From NCBI RefSeq assembly GCF_006345805.1, contig NC_043008.1, forward strand, positions 43,524,001-43,588,000: DNA of 64,000 nt. The letters run 5' to 3'. The stretch is from Octopus sinensis. Taxonomy: Eukaryota. Positions 11,833 through 24,401 of the stretch are shown here, piece by piece. Both the position numbers and the translations under genes were made by a program. The number at the start of each line of letters is the position of its first letter. The first letter of the stretch is position 1. Under the pieces are notes generated by a model, which worked only from the letters and a program-made list of their open reading frames with translations, was not told the DNA's origin and did not search any database.

Positions 11833-14800
11833 CACATACACACACATACATATGTATATATATATAAAATACAAAATGGGACAAGAACGCAAAACATTCA
11901 AATAGACGATACAAAAAACACGGACGGGTCATTCGAAGCCTCTAATCTTCAGTCAAGAACCGGATCATCCTTGCAATTTTGGCTGATTAATAATGCTACA
12001 CATAATTACCAATGATTAAAATTCTTAAGATCTTCACATTAAGTAAACATAGAAAAATAGATATGTGAATTCCATGCAAATTATTCCTTAAATATCCTTA
12101 ATTTCAATTTCAAATTTCTGATGCTGCTTTGAATTATTACAAAATGGTTAACTCCCTTGTAATAGCTGCACCCATTAGAGGGACCACATGTGTTTCATTT
12201 AGTTGTTGAATGAAATCTTACTTTTCCATAGTTTACACGAATATTTAGCTGGGATTGTCTTAGTGATGTTAACACAACCATATTCTTCTCCAGTACGTAT
12301 TCCTGTCATAACAATCTGAAAAATGTTTAGAGAAAACTTTAAGCTCGTTAGTTTAATTATAGATTCAGATTAACAAAAATGTCAACATTGATAAAAGGGA
12401 AATCCTTTGAGAGCGCAACCTGTTCACTGTGCGGCAGCGAATTTTGTCAGTGAACAGGTTTGGTAGCCTTCAACTAACACTATCTCCTCCGAGACCCTGC
12501 AACGCAAGTTGACCAAAATTGAGAGTATGATAGAAGAAGGGTTGCTCTTCCTTCCGTAGAAGAAAAAACATTCAAATCAGACCATGTCAACACCAAAAAT
12601 TATTTACATCAAAACGGTGATTTTTTCCTATGAAAATTCCTACATTTTACAATTTTTTTGACTGCTGTGTCACCATTTTTTGGTGTATTTCAACCAGAAA
12701 AATATTCACTTAAAGAGAATAACAAACTACATAATGCAAAATTTTTACTATTAAAAAATTCCAATTCTAAAGGGCCGAAACAAACCTGAGCAACGCCGGG
12801 TGATACTGCTAGTAAGTAAATAAGTAAAATAAAAAAGCAAACATGGTGAAAATTCTCACTTTGGATATGTCAAAAGATTCGTTATAATCTTCAAAGTATA
12901 TTTCAACCTCATCAATGCTTACGGTTCCAATATTGGTAGAAGCAGAGAATGTGGGGGAATAAGCTGACTTTCTGAATGTTAGTTCTTGTGAAGAGTTTGT
13001 TCCATTGCTGGTCACTCCAACAAATATCGTTACCTGTGTGACGAGGCTAATTAGTTTGGAATGAGAGGTTAGTTCTATTATCCACATAAGATCTGCAAAA
13101 AAAAGAATAAAATAAAATAAAAATACAATAAAAAATGGTATAGTAGTTGTGATACATTAAAAGAAAAGTACTGTAAATACATACATACATATATACATAC
13201 ATACATACATACATACATGTGTGTATGTGGAAGGGGTGTTTGCATCTCCAAGTCTTGATGCTGAGCAATAGTTGTAAACGAGTACCACCGTCATACAAGC
13301 GGTGGCCTTCACTTCAAACCTGATGTGAAAATGTGTAATTTTATATCATTTGATTGGAAACTGGTTTCAGAGTTGGGAAGATTTAACTCTTGATAATAAC
13401 ATCAACACATCAACATGGATCATTTAGAATTTCCTCTGCTCACTCTCTCTTTTTTTTTACCATTAACATCTTGTAAAAGCCACACAGGCAGCAAAGTAGA
13501 ACTACTTCATAGTTTCTAATAAAGTGACATAAGAAATGCCTTCTATCAACTTACCATTTCTCAATGAACACTCATTGTAAGGATTACTTTGGTTAAGAAT
13601 ATCACTACAGGAATATATCTTGGTAGTTTCCATGTTCTTCAGTTTGATCTAAAGTAAAAGAAAAAAAAACAAACAAAATTGTGTCATCTGGAGTTACCTT
13701 GGTTTAGACAGGTGTTGTTTTGTTCTGGATCCAGTAATTAAACAGATGAGAAATACCTGACTTATCCATCTACTCAGCAATTTCACCTCTACTTGAACTG
13801 AAATGTTTTCTCAAATATTGAAAAAAAAGACCATCTTTACAGGGCTCAAGAGCACCATCCGAGCATGATCATTGCCAGAGCGGCTAACTGGCTTCCATAC
13901 CAGTGGCATATAAAAGGGCACCATTCAAGCATGATCGTTACCAGCGTCGCCTTACTGGCACCTGTGCCAGTGGCATGTGTAAAAAGATTCAAGCGAGGTC
14001 ATTGCCAGTACTGCCTGACTGGCCCCCGTGCTGGTGGCATGTAAAAAGCACCGACTAGACTCTCGGAGTGGTTGGCATTAGGAAGGGCATCCAGCTGTAG
14101 AAACTCTGCCAGATTAAGATTGGTGCCTGGTGCGGCCATCTGGTTCACCAGCCCTCAGTCAAATTGTCCAACCCATGCCAGCATGGAAAGCAGACGTTAA
14201 AAGATGATGATGATGATGATGATGATATGTGTGCATACATGTATATATCTTACTGTATTTTCTCAAATCTAGAAACCCTGGAAACAAAATATAAACTGAA
14301 GTTGAATCAGCCAGTTGTATTCCTTTGTAACTGGAAAAAAAAAAAAGAAAAGAAAATAATATATAAATAAAAATAAAGGGTTTACTCACAATCTTTTCCG
14401 GACAAGATTTTCCTGTGGTTAATAACTCTGTTCTTGACTTTCTATTCCTTTTCGTGGGCAGAAACAATGATGCGTTTGATGTCGTAGAATTTGTTTTAAA
14501 CATTATATTCTTTTCACCATAAGGCCTTATCTCAATGGAATAGTCATAACTGTCGTTTATCTCTCTATGTATAAATTTAAGGTTCCAGTGTGTCCCTAGA
14601 AATTAATAGAAAAAATTTGGCATCAATGACAGCAAAATTTCAAAATTAATAAACTTCAAAGGATAATTGTGATTATAATGAGGGATATTTAGAATGAAAC
14701 TATCAACATATGATCAAAAAGACATTTATTTTCTCTGCTTTTCCATCATAGATTTATTACACTTCTTTTCATTTAAAATCTATTTAGATTTCAACTCTAA

Positions 14801-16003
14801 CGGATCCGGCACCTTTCGTGGAAGCTTTCACCCGCTTCTTAGGACCGACTGACCCATGCTCGACCGCCGTTGGCACGGAACCCTTCTCCACTTCGGTCTT
14901 CAAAGGTCTCTGGACAACCGATGCTGGTGCGTTTATGTCCCCGTTACTTAGCGGTTCGGCAAAAGAGACCGATAGAATAAGTACTGGGCTTACAAAAGAA
15001 TAAGTCCCGGGGTCGAGTTGTTCGATTAAAGGCGGTGCTGCAGCATGGCCGCAGTCAAATGACTGAAACAAGTAAAAGAGTAAAAGAGAGTAAAAGAGAG
15101 ATTTATTTATTCGTTTGTATAGTAAACAATGGCATGAGAAGATTTAAAAACTTTAAATAGTCATATGTGTAAATTGTACACATACTATCTCTGGTAGTTT
15201 GGTACCAAATGCACTAAACAGTGCTTTTCAAACTACCATAAATCCTCGAGTATAATCCGCATTTTTTCCCCAAAATTTAAAGGTCAAAATCCTTAGTGCG
15301 TACTATATACAAGGTTAGAAATGAAAAGTATTTTCTAAGCAATGTCCACGTCTCTGTTTGCTGTCCGGCAATGTTTATTCAGACGTATTTTGTGATGTCG
15401 GGCACGAAAATACCTTAAGCTAAGCCTGAAAGCAATGAAGTCATAAAAGAATCATCCATAACTTGCAATAAGCAACATTTATTAAACCTTATTACTGTTA
15501 TTTATTTATTTTCTGCAAACAAAATGCACAAAAAAGCTACATGTTTACATTATGTTATATATACAATAATAATAAAGGACATTATCGTATAAATTTTTAG
15601 AAATCAAGGACATTATATAGACCTCCTTGACTCAAGTTAGAGAAGATGTGCGTATTGTACACAAGGTTTAGGTTTTTCAGAGGTACAGCCCCCTAAAAAT
15701 CCTCTGCGTATTTTACTCAAGGGCGGATTATACTCAAGGATTTACGGTATTTTAAATATCATCCTTTTTCTCTTCCTAATACTTTTTAAATACACCTTGC
15801 TCTATATTTTTAATGTATAAACATTAAAAATACCCGGGTGTGGCTGAGGGGTTAAAAAGCTTGCTTTGCATCCAGGTGTTTTCAGGTTCAGTCCCTGTGC
15901 TCAATAACCTTAGGCAAGTTTCTTCTACTATAACTCTACTCTGACCAGAATCTTCTGAGTGGATTTGGTAGACAGAAATAGAAAGATATCTGTAAGATAT
16001 TTG

Positions 16004-16041
<38 letters not shown>

Positions 16042-16042
16042 C

Positions 16043-16118
<76 letters not shown>

Positions 16119-18631
16119 GGGTATTCCTTAAGTAGGTTAAGAGAGAAAACAAAGTAAAAAAAGAGAAGAATAAAGAATAAAGCAAAAGTCTTGCATTCTT
16201 CTAATTTCTGGTTTCCAGGACAACCTGACAGGCCCTCAATAGCATACATTTCTTGAAGATCTTCATTTTGAGCAAATACCTGAAATAGAATTATTCAACA
16301 AAGTTAGCAACAGTGCAATGTATAAAATAGTTTGATTGTGATGATGATGATGATGATGATGAGACGGAGGATGAACATCATCATCATCATCATATATCTA
16401 TTACTAAACAATTAAAAAATTAAGAAATTGGAAAGTCAAATAAGGATGTTGGAGGTTGCCCAATGGAATTCGGTATATGCACTGTGCAGTGATTTAGGTT
16501 GCAATTAGATCTGTGGAAAAATTTGAAGGTATGAAAACAGTGGTGGTTGCATGTACCTAGGGCCTCATTATACTTATTTAGTAGTATTGAAAATGATAAT
16601 GAAGAATTATTCAAAATTTCTGACTGCCAATAGAGAAAAGAGCTGGTTTCTAACCTCAAAGCTCCTTCATTGGAATTTCAACATCAACAACAGGATATTT
16701 TTGTTTGTATGTATGGCGCGTAAAAAGCACCCACTACACTCACGGAGTGGTTGGCGTTAGGAAGGGCATCCAGCCGTAGAAACATTGCCAGATCAGACTG
16801 GGCCCGGTGCAGCCTTCTGGCTTCCCGGACCCCAGTTGAACCGTCCAACCCATGCTAGCATGGAAAGCGAACGTTAAACGATGATGATGATGATGATGAT
16901 GATGTGGAATGCCTCTTTTAGGCATAACTTACATGCTGAGAGATGTTCCTGCCTCGAGGCTTTCACTCTACACACACCAGCTCAATATGATTCATCTTGT
17001 TGCTTGTATATGTAATTGTATAACATTCTCTCTGTTTTTGTTTTTTTTGTTTTTGTTGTTGTACACATTTGCTTGTTTTCTCCCCCAAAATTTAATACTC
17101 TTAGCTTAGATTTTTGGGGACAACCAGATTTGAACAGTCTCAAGTGTAACCAGCCAAAACTGTAAGGATGATTTGGAAACTTGACTGATGAGAGAAGACT
17201 GCAAATGACCCCATCCTTGTTTTAACCTGTCCATTTTTTTGTTGTGTTCCTGTCTGTCTTTGAATCATTTATCTGTTCAGATGTTTTGTTGTCATCTGTT
17301 GCAGTCTTGTTCCATATTTTTGGATCTATATATACATAGAGTGGTGTATGAACCCTTTTGCTCACTTTGTGAGTAAGTATGTATCTAAATTCCACGTGAC
17401 TCTTTTACTCTTTGTTTAGTCCCCCTCGGGCTTTCTTCTTTCTTTCCTCTTTTCCTTTTCTTGCTCCCTCTTTCTCACATTTCTTTTCCTCTTCATTTAT
17501 CTCCCTTGTACCTTTCTCTGATTCATATATGTGCATGCATGTATATATCTTACTGTATTTTCTCAAATCTAGAATCCCCGGAAACAAGTAATAAATTGAA
17601 GTTGAATCAACTGGAAAAAAAAAGAAAAGAATATATAAATAAAATAAAGGGTTTACTCACAATCTTTTCTGGCCAAAATTTTCCTGTAGTAAATAACTCT
17701 ATTCTGGACTTTCTATTCATTTCCGTAGGCAGAAACAATGTGTTTGATGTCCTAGAATTTGTTTTAAACACTATATTCTCTTCACCATAAGGCCTTATCT
17801 CAAACGAATAGTCATAACTGTCGTTTATCTCACTATGTATAACTTCAAGGTTCCAGTGTGTCCCTAGAAATTAATAGAAAAAAACTTGACATCAATGACA
17901 GCAAAATTTCAAAATTGATAAACTTAAAAGGATAATTGTATAATTGCTTGATAATCATTAACAATTGCAATGAGACATTTCTTGCTTTCTCCATCAAAAC
18001 ATGAAATTCCAATTAATTAAGAATTCTTTTGCATCGATTATTCAGTACATCAACCCTTAAAATATTTTTCCAAATTCTTAAAATCAGAACATTACTGCTT
18101 AAGCCATTTTAGAAAATATAATTTTTATATTGAACATTAGCCGAAAGAGTTGTTGCAAATTTCCATAATGATTCGTGATTGATTGGAGATATTGACTTTA
18201 CATTTGATTTTGTTTCTAATTGCTGACAGCACAACTGTGAATTGAACCTCTAAATGTAGAATAATGTGTCTTTCCAAGGGATTGAATAGCAACAATAAAG
18301 TCTGGTCTCATAAAATTGATCTTAGCAGTTGAGCAAAGTAATCTTACAATTATTATGCTGTGTGTGTGTGTGTGTGTGTGTGTGTGCATGTGTGTGTATG
18401 TTAAGAGTATTCCTTAAGGAATTTAAAAGAGATAGAAAAGCGAAAAAGAAAAGAATAAAGAACAGTTCTAAAGCAAAAAGCTTACATTTTTCTAACTTTT
18501 GGTTCCCATGACATTGTGACAGGCACTCTAAAGCATACATTTCTTGAAGATCTTTATTTTGAACAACTGCCTAAAAGAGAAATTATTCAGCGAAAATTAG
18601 CAACAGTGCAATGTGTAAAATAGTTTGATTG

Positions 18632-18663
<32 letters not shown>

Positions 18664-21600
18664 CTCCTTGAGAGTTTTTCTCTGGTACCACACCATTACC
18701 AGCTTATCTTTTCCTTGATACTCTCATCCTCTCTTATATAAATGTGGGGTAGCCAGGCATCTTCACTACAGCAAGACACCTCTATCTTTGCTTGTCCCTC
18801 GCATAAAATCACCTCTCCACCCACTTAAATATTCTTTTCTCCTCTAGGCACAAGGTCCGAAGTTTTTAGGGAGGGGGGCCAGTTAATTAGTTCGACCCCC
18901 CCAGTATGCAACTGGTACTTAATTTATTGACCCCCAAAAGGATGAAAGGCAAAGTTGATCTCGGCAGAATTTGAACTCAGAACATAAAGACAGACAAAAT
19001 ACTGCTAAGCAATTTGCCCGTTGTGTTAACGTTTCTGCCAGTTCGCCACCTTTAGCGTGGCAGTGATTCTGTCAGCTCCCTGCCTTAAGTATCATGGCAA
19101 ATACAACACTTCTTTTATAAAACAGATAATAAATAAGAATAAATAAGAATGAAAGGCAAAGTCCTCCCACTTAAATTTTGTCCCCACTTCTTTGAGAGAT
19201 TTCCCTTTTTTCTTGTCGTTTCCTGTCTTACAACTTACTTGGCAACCTCACATATTCAAAAGTGGTTGGCATTAGGAATGGCATCGAGCCATAGAAACCA
19301 CACCAAAATAGACAATGGAGTTTGGTGTAGTTTCAAGTAGGGAACCCGTGCTAGTGCGGAAAACGGACGTTAAACGATGATGATGTATAACAAAAGGGGT
19401 TATAACAAAAGGGTTGTAACAAAAGGGTTATAAGAAAAGGTTATTAAGAAAGGTTGTAACAAAGGTTATAACAAAAGGGGTTATAATAAAAGGGTTGTAA
19501 CAAAGGTTATAACAAAAGGGGTTATAATAAAAGGGTTGTAACAAAAGGTTATAACAAAAGGGTTATAACAAATGCTTTCCGTTAAGGTTGTAGTTGTGGC
19601 TGTGCCAGTTCTATGGAAATGACACCCATGTGTCATGGTCGTTGCTGGTGCCATATAAATGGCATCTTTGAACCATAGTCATGGTCGTTTGCTGCTGGTT
19701 GTAGTTGTGGTCAAGGATGGCATCATGTAAATGATACTTGGGCATCAGAGTTGTGGTCATCAATGGTGCCAGGTAAATTGGTCCCTTGGAAATCATGGTC
19801 GTTGGTCGTAGTCTTTGCCAATGCCATGCAAATGGCACCAATGAATTATCGGAGTTGCTACTAGTGCCATGTAGACAGTACCTATTTGGGAATCATAGTC
19901 CTGGTTGCTGCCAGTGTCGGTGGCACGGAAAAGCGCCCATTGCACTCCTGGAATGGTTGGCATTAGGAAGGGCATCCAGCTGCAGAAACCAAGCGAAATC
20001 AGATTGCAACCTGGTGCAGCTCTCCAGTCCATCAGCTCCAATCAAACTGTCTAACCCATGCCAGCAGGGAGAGTGGACATTAAATGATGATGATGATTTG
20101 TAATTAAATTAATGAGTAATTCTAATGAATTTGTCAATTTCAGTGTGTGTGGGCACACACCTAGCACACCCAAAATTTATGCCCTTTGTATGTTTGCATA
20201 TTTGTGTTTGTGTATGTTTGCTAGTGAGTGTATATATATTTTGATTTAATTACCTTATAACCAGTATGCTCGTTAACTTCAATAGAACTTGGCTTTTCTC
20301 TACTGTTTAATTCAAAATTATTGTTGAAGCATTTTTGCAACTCTAAACTTCTTGTGGTTTTCGATTCATTGTTCAAAGTAACTGCGGCTGAGTAGTAATA
20401 TGCCTCAAAGAAACAAATTTCTACGTTCCACGTTGTGTTCTGGGCATCTGGCAAATAAATTGAGAAAGAAAAGACATTACCGATATATTTTTTCAAAAAT
20501 CCAAACATTTTTCAATGTGAATGAATACAGTGAGAAAACTCACATGATACACTGGAATTGGTTTTGAAAATAGCATGAAAATCTGAATAACCATGTAAAC
20601 CTGAATTCTTCCTACGTTTTCACTCAAGAAAAAAATGCTTTATTTTTACTTGTTTCCTTTATGAATCAAGAATAAATCTGATTGTATCATTATCTAATTA
20701 TGATTTTTTTTTTTTTTTGCAATATCCACTCATATTTCATGATTGAGTGGTTAATGTTAATGTTAGGGAAGGCAGCAAGCTGACAGAAATGTTAGCACAA
20801 TGTTGAAATACTGTGCCTTCATCAATTAAGTTGGAAAATGTGGGAAGAGCTGGACGAAGAGGGTCATGACGTCAATGGTCAAGGAACTGACCGGAAAAGG
20901 AAGTGCGAAAGGAGAAGTGGAGCGAGAGAGGTGAGTGTCAGGATCTTGTATGATCAAGGCCATAGTGGAGAGGACACACATATCACCGCTGAAAGCAGTA
21001 TTCTGGTACAACATGCTGCTCCAATCAGGTCAGGGCAAAGAGTCCGTGCCACATAGAATGATATTCAAATATGAATGGTGGCATCCAAGTAAACCATCAA
21101 GATGCCCTGTAGAAGAGTGGGGACCCATCTTTGTGGAGGTGGGAGATGAAGTCTGGGTGAAGCCACCAAAGGCTCAACTCAGTGGAACAGAAGAATAGGG
21201 ATGGCTGTCAATTCCAAAAACAACAGTTCTGTGGATGGAATTCAACATCATGTCTTAGATGTTCGTAGGATTGTCGCTCCGTCAGATGATGACTGTGGTG
21301 AAGAGGAAGAGAATGAGGTTCCCAGCTTAAGAAGATCACAACGTGCAAGGTTGTAGTTGTGGTCAAGGATGGCATCACGTGGGTGGTAGATTTCGACATG
21401 GAGTGAAGTGAAGAAGTGATCGTTGAGGTCAGTGGAGCATTTGGAGATGAGCCAGAAGAAAAGTGTCATGATGTCAATGGTCAAGGAACTGACCGGAAGA
21501 GGAAGCATGAGAAGGGAAGTAAGGGGAAAGAGGCGAGCATCAGGCTCTTTTTGCCCACCAGAGGCATCGTGAACGGACGTCAGGGGATTCGTTTCCTGGT

Positions 21601-22169
21601 TGGTCAGATAGCAGCTGCTTATACTGGGTGACAGGGGTAGGGCAGGATTGCCGGAGAGATTACTGCTTGATAGGGGTCGATGAGAGAGGAAGGTAGGTAA
21701 ACCTCTTTTCATTTTCCATGCCTTGCAGAAAATAATAAAGAATTTGGTAAAATAATATTGTCATTATAAAAACTGTTATTTAGAACAAAATTTAACATGA
21801 AATTTTGACTGAGGGTTTTAATTTGGACCACTTTAAAGGAGTAGATTTGTTTCATACAACTAGGTACAATCTCAAGTAATTAAACCAAGCAATGGATGAA
21901 GTCAACCCCGCAAGAACAGGAACAGAAATACTTCCACAGGATCCCCAACAATCAAATTCTACTCCATAGACTTTGGTCGACATGTCACTATTGTACAAGA
22001 CACTAACTAATCCAAAGTGACATACAGTGGAAACTGACCTGAAGACAAACTCCTTGACCATTCACAGCCAGACACAATGATTGCGCAAAGGAATAAATAA
22101 CAAAGAGGACTTACCTGTAAAATGAGGAAAGGTGAAGAATAAAATACTCCAAAAGGAAAGAACCAACAT
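6077..22169 (-). CDS. Uncharacterised single-pass type I membrane protein with five repeated extracellular modules
   Basis: Phase-consistent exon chain on minus: 22169-22115, 20447-20254, 18570-18486, 17863-17661, 16279-16195, 14595-14390, 13648-13555, 13092-12860, 12315-12222, 11728-11502, 10127-10028, 7837-7774, then probable small exon(s), then 6370-6077. Signal peptide, many N-x-S/T sites, [21 protein letters not shown], Tyr-motif tail. Confidence 0.82.
7774..7837 (-). CDS. Membrane protein exon 12 (transmembrane helix)
   Basis: ctttag|(V)[22 protein letters not shown]|gtaaac; 64 nt, phase 1-2. Confidence 0.8.
8792..9009 (-). mobile_element. tRNA-derived SINE family B
   Basis: AAGGCGGCGAGCTGGCAGAA head, GAGTTCAAATTC B box, GCCTTTCATCCTTTCGGGGTCGATAAATTAAGTACCAG central block, AAAGAAATA tail. 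Confidence 0.88.
10028..10127 (-). CDS. Membrane protein exon 11 (stalk)
   Basis: tttcag|[34 protein letters not shown]|gtatac; only phase 0 is open. Confidence 0.72.
11502..11728 (-). CDS. Membrane protein exon 10 (3' boundary uncertain)
   Basis: tttcag|(S)[13 protein letters not shown]...[13 protein letters not shown]; donor GAA|gtgaag is weak and chosen by analogy with the FDISK end of exon 8. Confidence 0.7.
12222..12315 (-). CDS. Membrane protein exon 9
   Basis: tttcag|[32 protein letters not shown]|gtaaga; 94 nt like exon 7. Confidence 0.85.
12340..12812 (+). mobile_element. Helitron-like non-autonomous element (left boundary approximate)
   Basis: 3' end cctgagcaacgccggg (degenerate GC hairpin) followed by CTAG|T at 12809-12813. 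Confidence 0.55.
12860..13092 (-). CDS. Membrane protein exon 8
   Basis: ttgcag|(D)[10 protein letters not shown]...[19 protein letters not shown]|gtgaga; 233 nt. Confidence 0.85.
13555..13648 (-). CDS. Membrane protein exon 7
   Basis: ctttag|[32 protein letters not shown]|gtaagt; 94 nt. Confidence 0.85.
14390..14595 (-). CDS. Membrane protein exon 6 (paralogue of exon 4)
   Basis: ttctag|(W)[26 protein letters not shown]...GKSCPEKI|gtgagt; 206 nt. Confidence 0.85.
15236..15747. mobile_element. Tc1/mariner-pogo type MITE
   Basis: TIRs CCATAAATCCTCGAGTATAATCCGC / GCGGATTATACTCAAGGATTTACGG flanked by TA (15234-35 and 15748-49). Confidence 0.85.
16195..16279 (-). CDS. Membrane protein exon 5 (paralogue of exon 3, GC donor)
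   Basis: tttcag|[29 protein letters not shown]|gcaaga; 85 nt like exon 3. Confidence 0.75.
17661..17863 (-). CDS. Membrane protein exon 4
   Basis: ttctag|(W)[26 protein letters not shown]...GKFWPEKI|gtgagt; 203 nt. Confidence 0.85.
18486..18570 (-). CDS. Membrane protein exon 3
   Basis: ttttag|[29 protein letters not shown]|gtaagc; 85 nt. Confidence 0.85.
19386..19572. repeat. ~14-bp GGTTATAACAAAAG minisatellite
   Basis: About 13 units with a higher-order three-unit period. Confidence 0.9.
20254..20447 (-). CDS. Membrane protein exon 2
   Basis: ttgccag|[12 protein letters not shown]...EHTGYK|gtaatt; phase 1-0. Confidence 0.82.
20830..21700 (+). mobile_element. Gypsy-like LTR retrotransposon remnant (integrase C-terminus plus LTR-like direct repeats)
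   Basis: [20 protein letters not shown]...[10 protein letters not shown]; 41-bp direct repeats at 20863-20903 and 21465-21505. Confidence 0.6.
22115..22169 (-). CDS. Membrane protein exon 1 (signal peptide)
   Basis: [19 protein letters not shown]|gtaagt; 55 nt, phase 1. Confidence 0.8.
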
Positions 22170-24370
22170 GGTAGTAAATAGAAATGAATTAGGTATTCTT
22201 GACAAATAATGGTTTTCCTTTTATTTATTTTTTTTGAGATCTTGGCTGAGGCTAAACAAAGTTGATTAGAATTTCTACATCAAATGTTCTTAAAGACAGG
22301 TATTATTAATTGCTTTACTTTCATCCATTTAGCTGTATTTACAAACTGCAAAGGAAAAAAATAAGATATAGTCTTTTGATGTTTTATAATTCTTGGTACA
22401 TCAAATAATTCAGAGTTTATGGTGGGAGGAAAATACAGAATTGAATGTTCAGAGGAAATCTGAGGATTTAAAAAAAATGTTTAAGTAATATTACTGCTTC
22501 TCAGTTATTGCAATATATTTCACAGTAATGATGAAATCATTAATACCTGAATGATTGATGTATGTACTCAGAAGATGTTGTTTTGTCCCACAGGCAACCT
22601 TCAAATTTTTCAATCCAAAGGTTTTTTTAAGCCAATATTTTGTCTGTTTTGAGTTTCACCATTCCAAAAACGAATATGCTTATGTGTGTGTGTGTGTGTG
22701 TGTGAAAAGAGAAAGAGAGTCAATGCATAAGATTGAGAAAATGTCAACATAGAAAACACTTGGCAGTGCTCAAATGACTTGAACTTACACTCTGATATTG
22801 TCACCGAGGATCAAGTCAGTAGGGTTATGGCTATAAGGGGAATCAAAGTGAGCAGATATGGAGGCAATGATTCAAATAAGCAACTTTCAGTTTCCGTGTA
22901 CCAAATCCACTCACAAGGCAATAGTAGAAGACACTTGCCCAAGGTGCCACGCAGTTTGACTGAACCCAGAACCATGTGGTTGGTAAGCAAGCTACTTACC
23001 ACATAGCCACTCCTGCACCTGTGTATATATATATGTGCAAAAATTATTATAATTATAAACATAATTATAATTAGGGCTTAGCAAAATTGCTTCACCACAT
23101 ACCAAAATTTACAAAAGCAGTTGAATCCTATTTTACTACCATATCTCCCAAACAGCAATACTCTCAACACATTCAGGCAAAGATAAAAAAATAACAAATC
23201 CACCCAGCGTTGATTAACTATATACACGTTTCTGGATTAAAGATATGTAAAATAACTCATACTTTATTTTACATATCTTTAATCCAGAAACGCATATATA
23301 TATTTCTTTACTGCCCACAAGGGGCTAAACACAGAGGGGACAAACAAGGACAGACAAACAGATTAAGTCGATTATATCGACCCCAGTGCACAACTGGTAC
23401 TTAATTTATCGACCCCAAAATGATGAAAGACAACGTCGACCTCAGCGGAATTTGAACTCAGAACGTCTGTCTTAATCAAAGCTGGGTGGATTCGTTATTT
23501 TTTTTCTCTTTGCCTGTGTGTGTTGAGAGTATTGCTTTCTGGGAGATAAGGTAGTAAAATAGTATATAACTGCTATTTCTAAATTTCGGTATGTGATGAA
23601 GCAATTTTGCTAAGCGCTAATTACATGGCACTGGCACAGGTCTCTTGTTGGCCAATCCTCTTCAGCAGAGGATGCAGCCTGGGCTTTAGTAGAAAGCATT
23701 TGCCCAAAGTGCTGCACGGAGGGATTGAACCCAAGCTGCCTTAAAATAGAAAAAACTGTATTCACAATAGAACATTTGATATTTGATTCCCAGCACATGG
23801 TATAGGGTCTGTATCCTATTTCTTTACTACCCACAAGGGGCTAAACACAGAGAGGACAAACAAGGACAGACAAACGGATTAAGTCGATTATATTGACCCC
23901 AGTGCGTAACTGGTAATTATTTAATCGACCCTGAAAGGATGAAAGGCAAAGTCGGCCTCGGCAGAATTTGAACTCAGAACGTAAAGACAGACGAAATACT
24001 GAAAAGCATTTCACCCGGCGTGCTAACATTCTATATCCCATTGCAGGAACGTCCTTGAACAAGATACTTCACTAACCTTGTCTCTATCTCATCCCCTCTC
24101 TTTCTCACTCTTTCTCTTTTTATTTATGCATCCAAATGACCTCAATTAAAGATAATTGGCAATTTTGATATACGAGAAACATCCTGTATGAAACATGTCA
24201 AATGTCGGGTTGTACTAAGGTGACAGCCTTGCATGATAGCCTTCCCTTTCGTTTGTATCTTCCCATTTTTTCCTTTCGAGCAAACGAAATGATGTTTGTT
24301 CATTTTTGGTGAACTCGTTATCTAATTGATGATCTCAGCAATTAAATTTGTGAAAGTGTGTGTGTGCGTA

Positions 24371-24401
<31 letters not shown>

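Noticed and set aside
11870-11990. Possible hammerhead in a Penelope-like end (CUGAAGA...CGAAUGACCCGUC; related copy at about 17180-17220)
   Set aside because: GAAA is imperfect and I could not find a stem I partner.
16400-16700. Possible LINE endonuclease fragment
   Set aside because: Too decayed to support a specific call.
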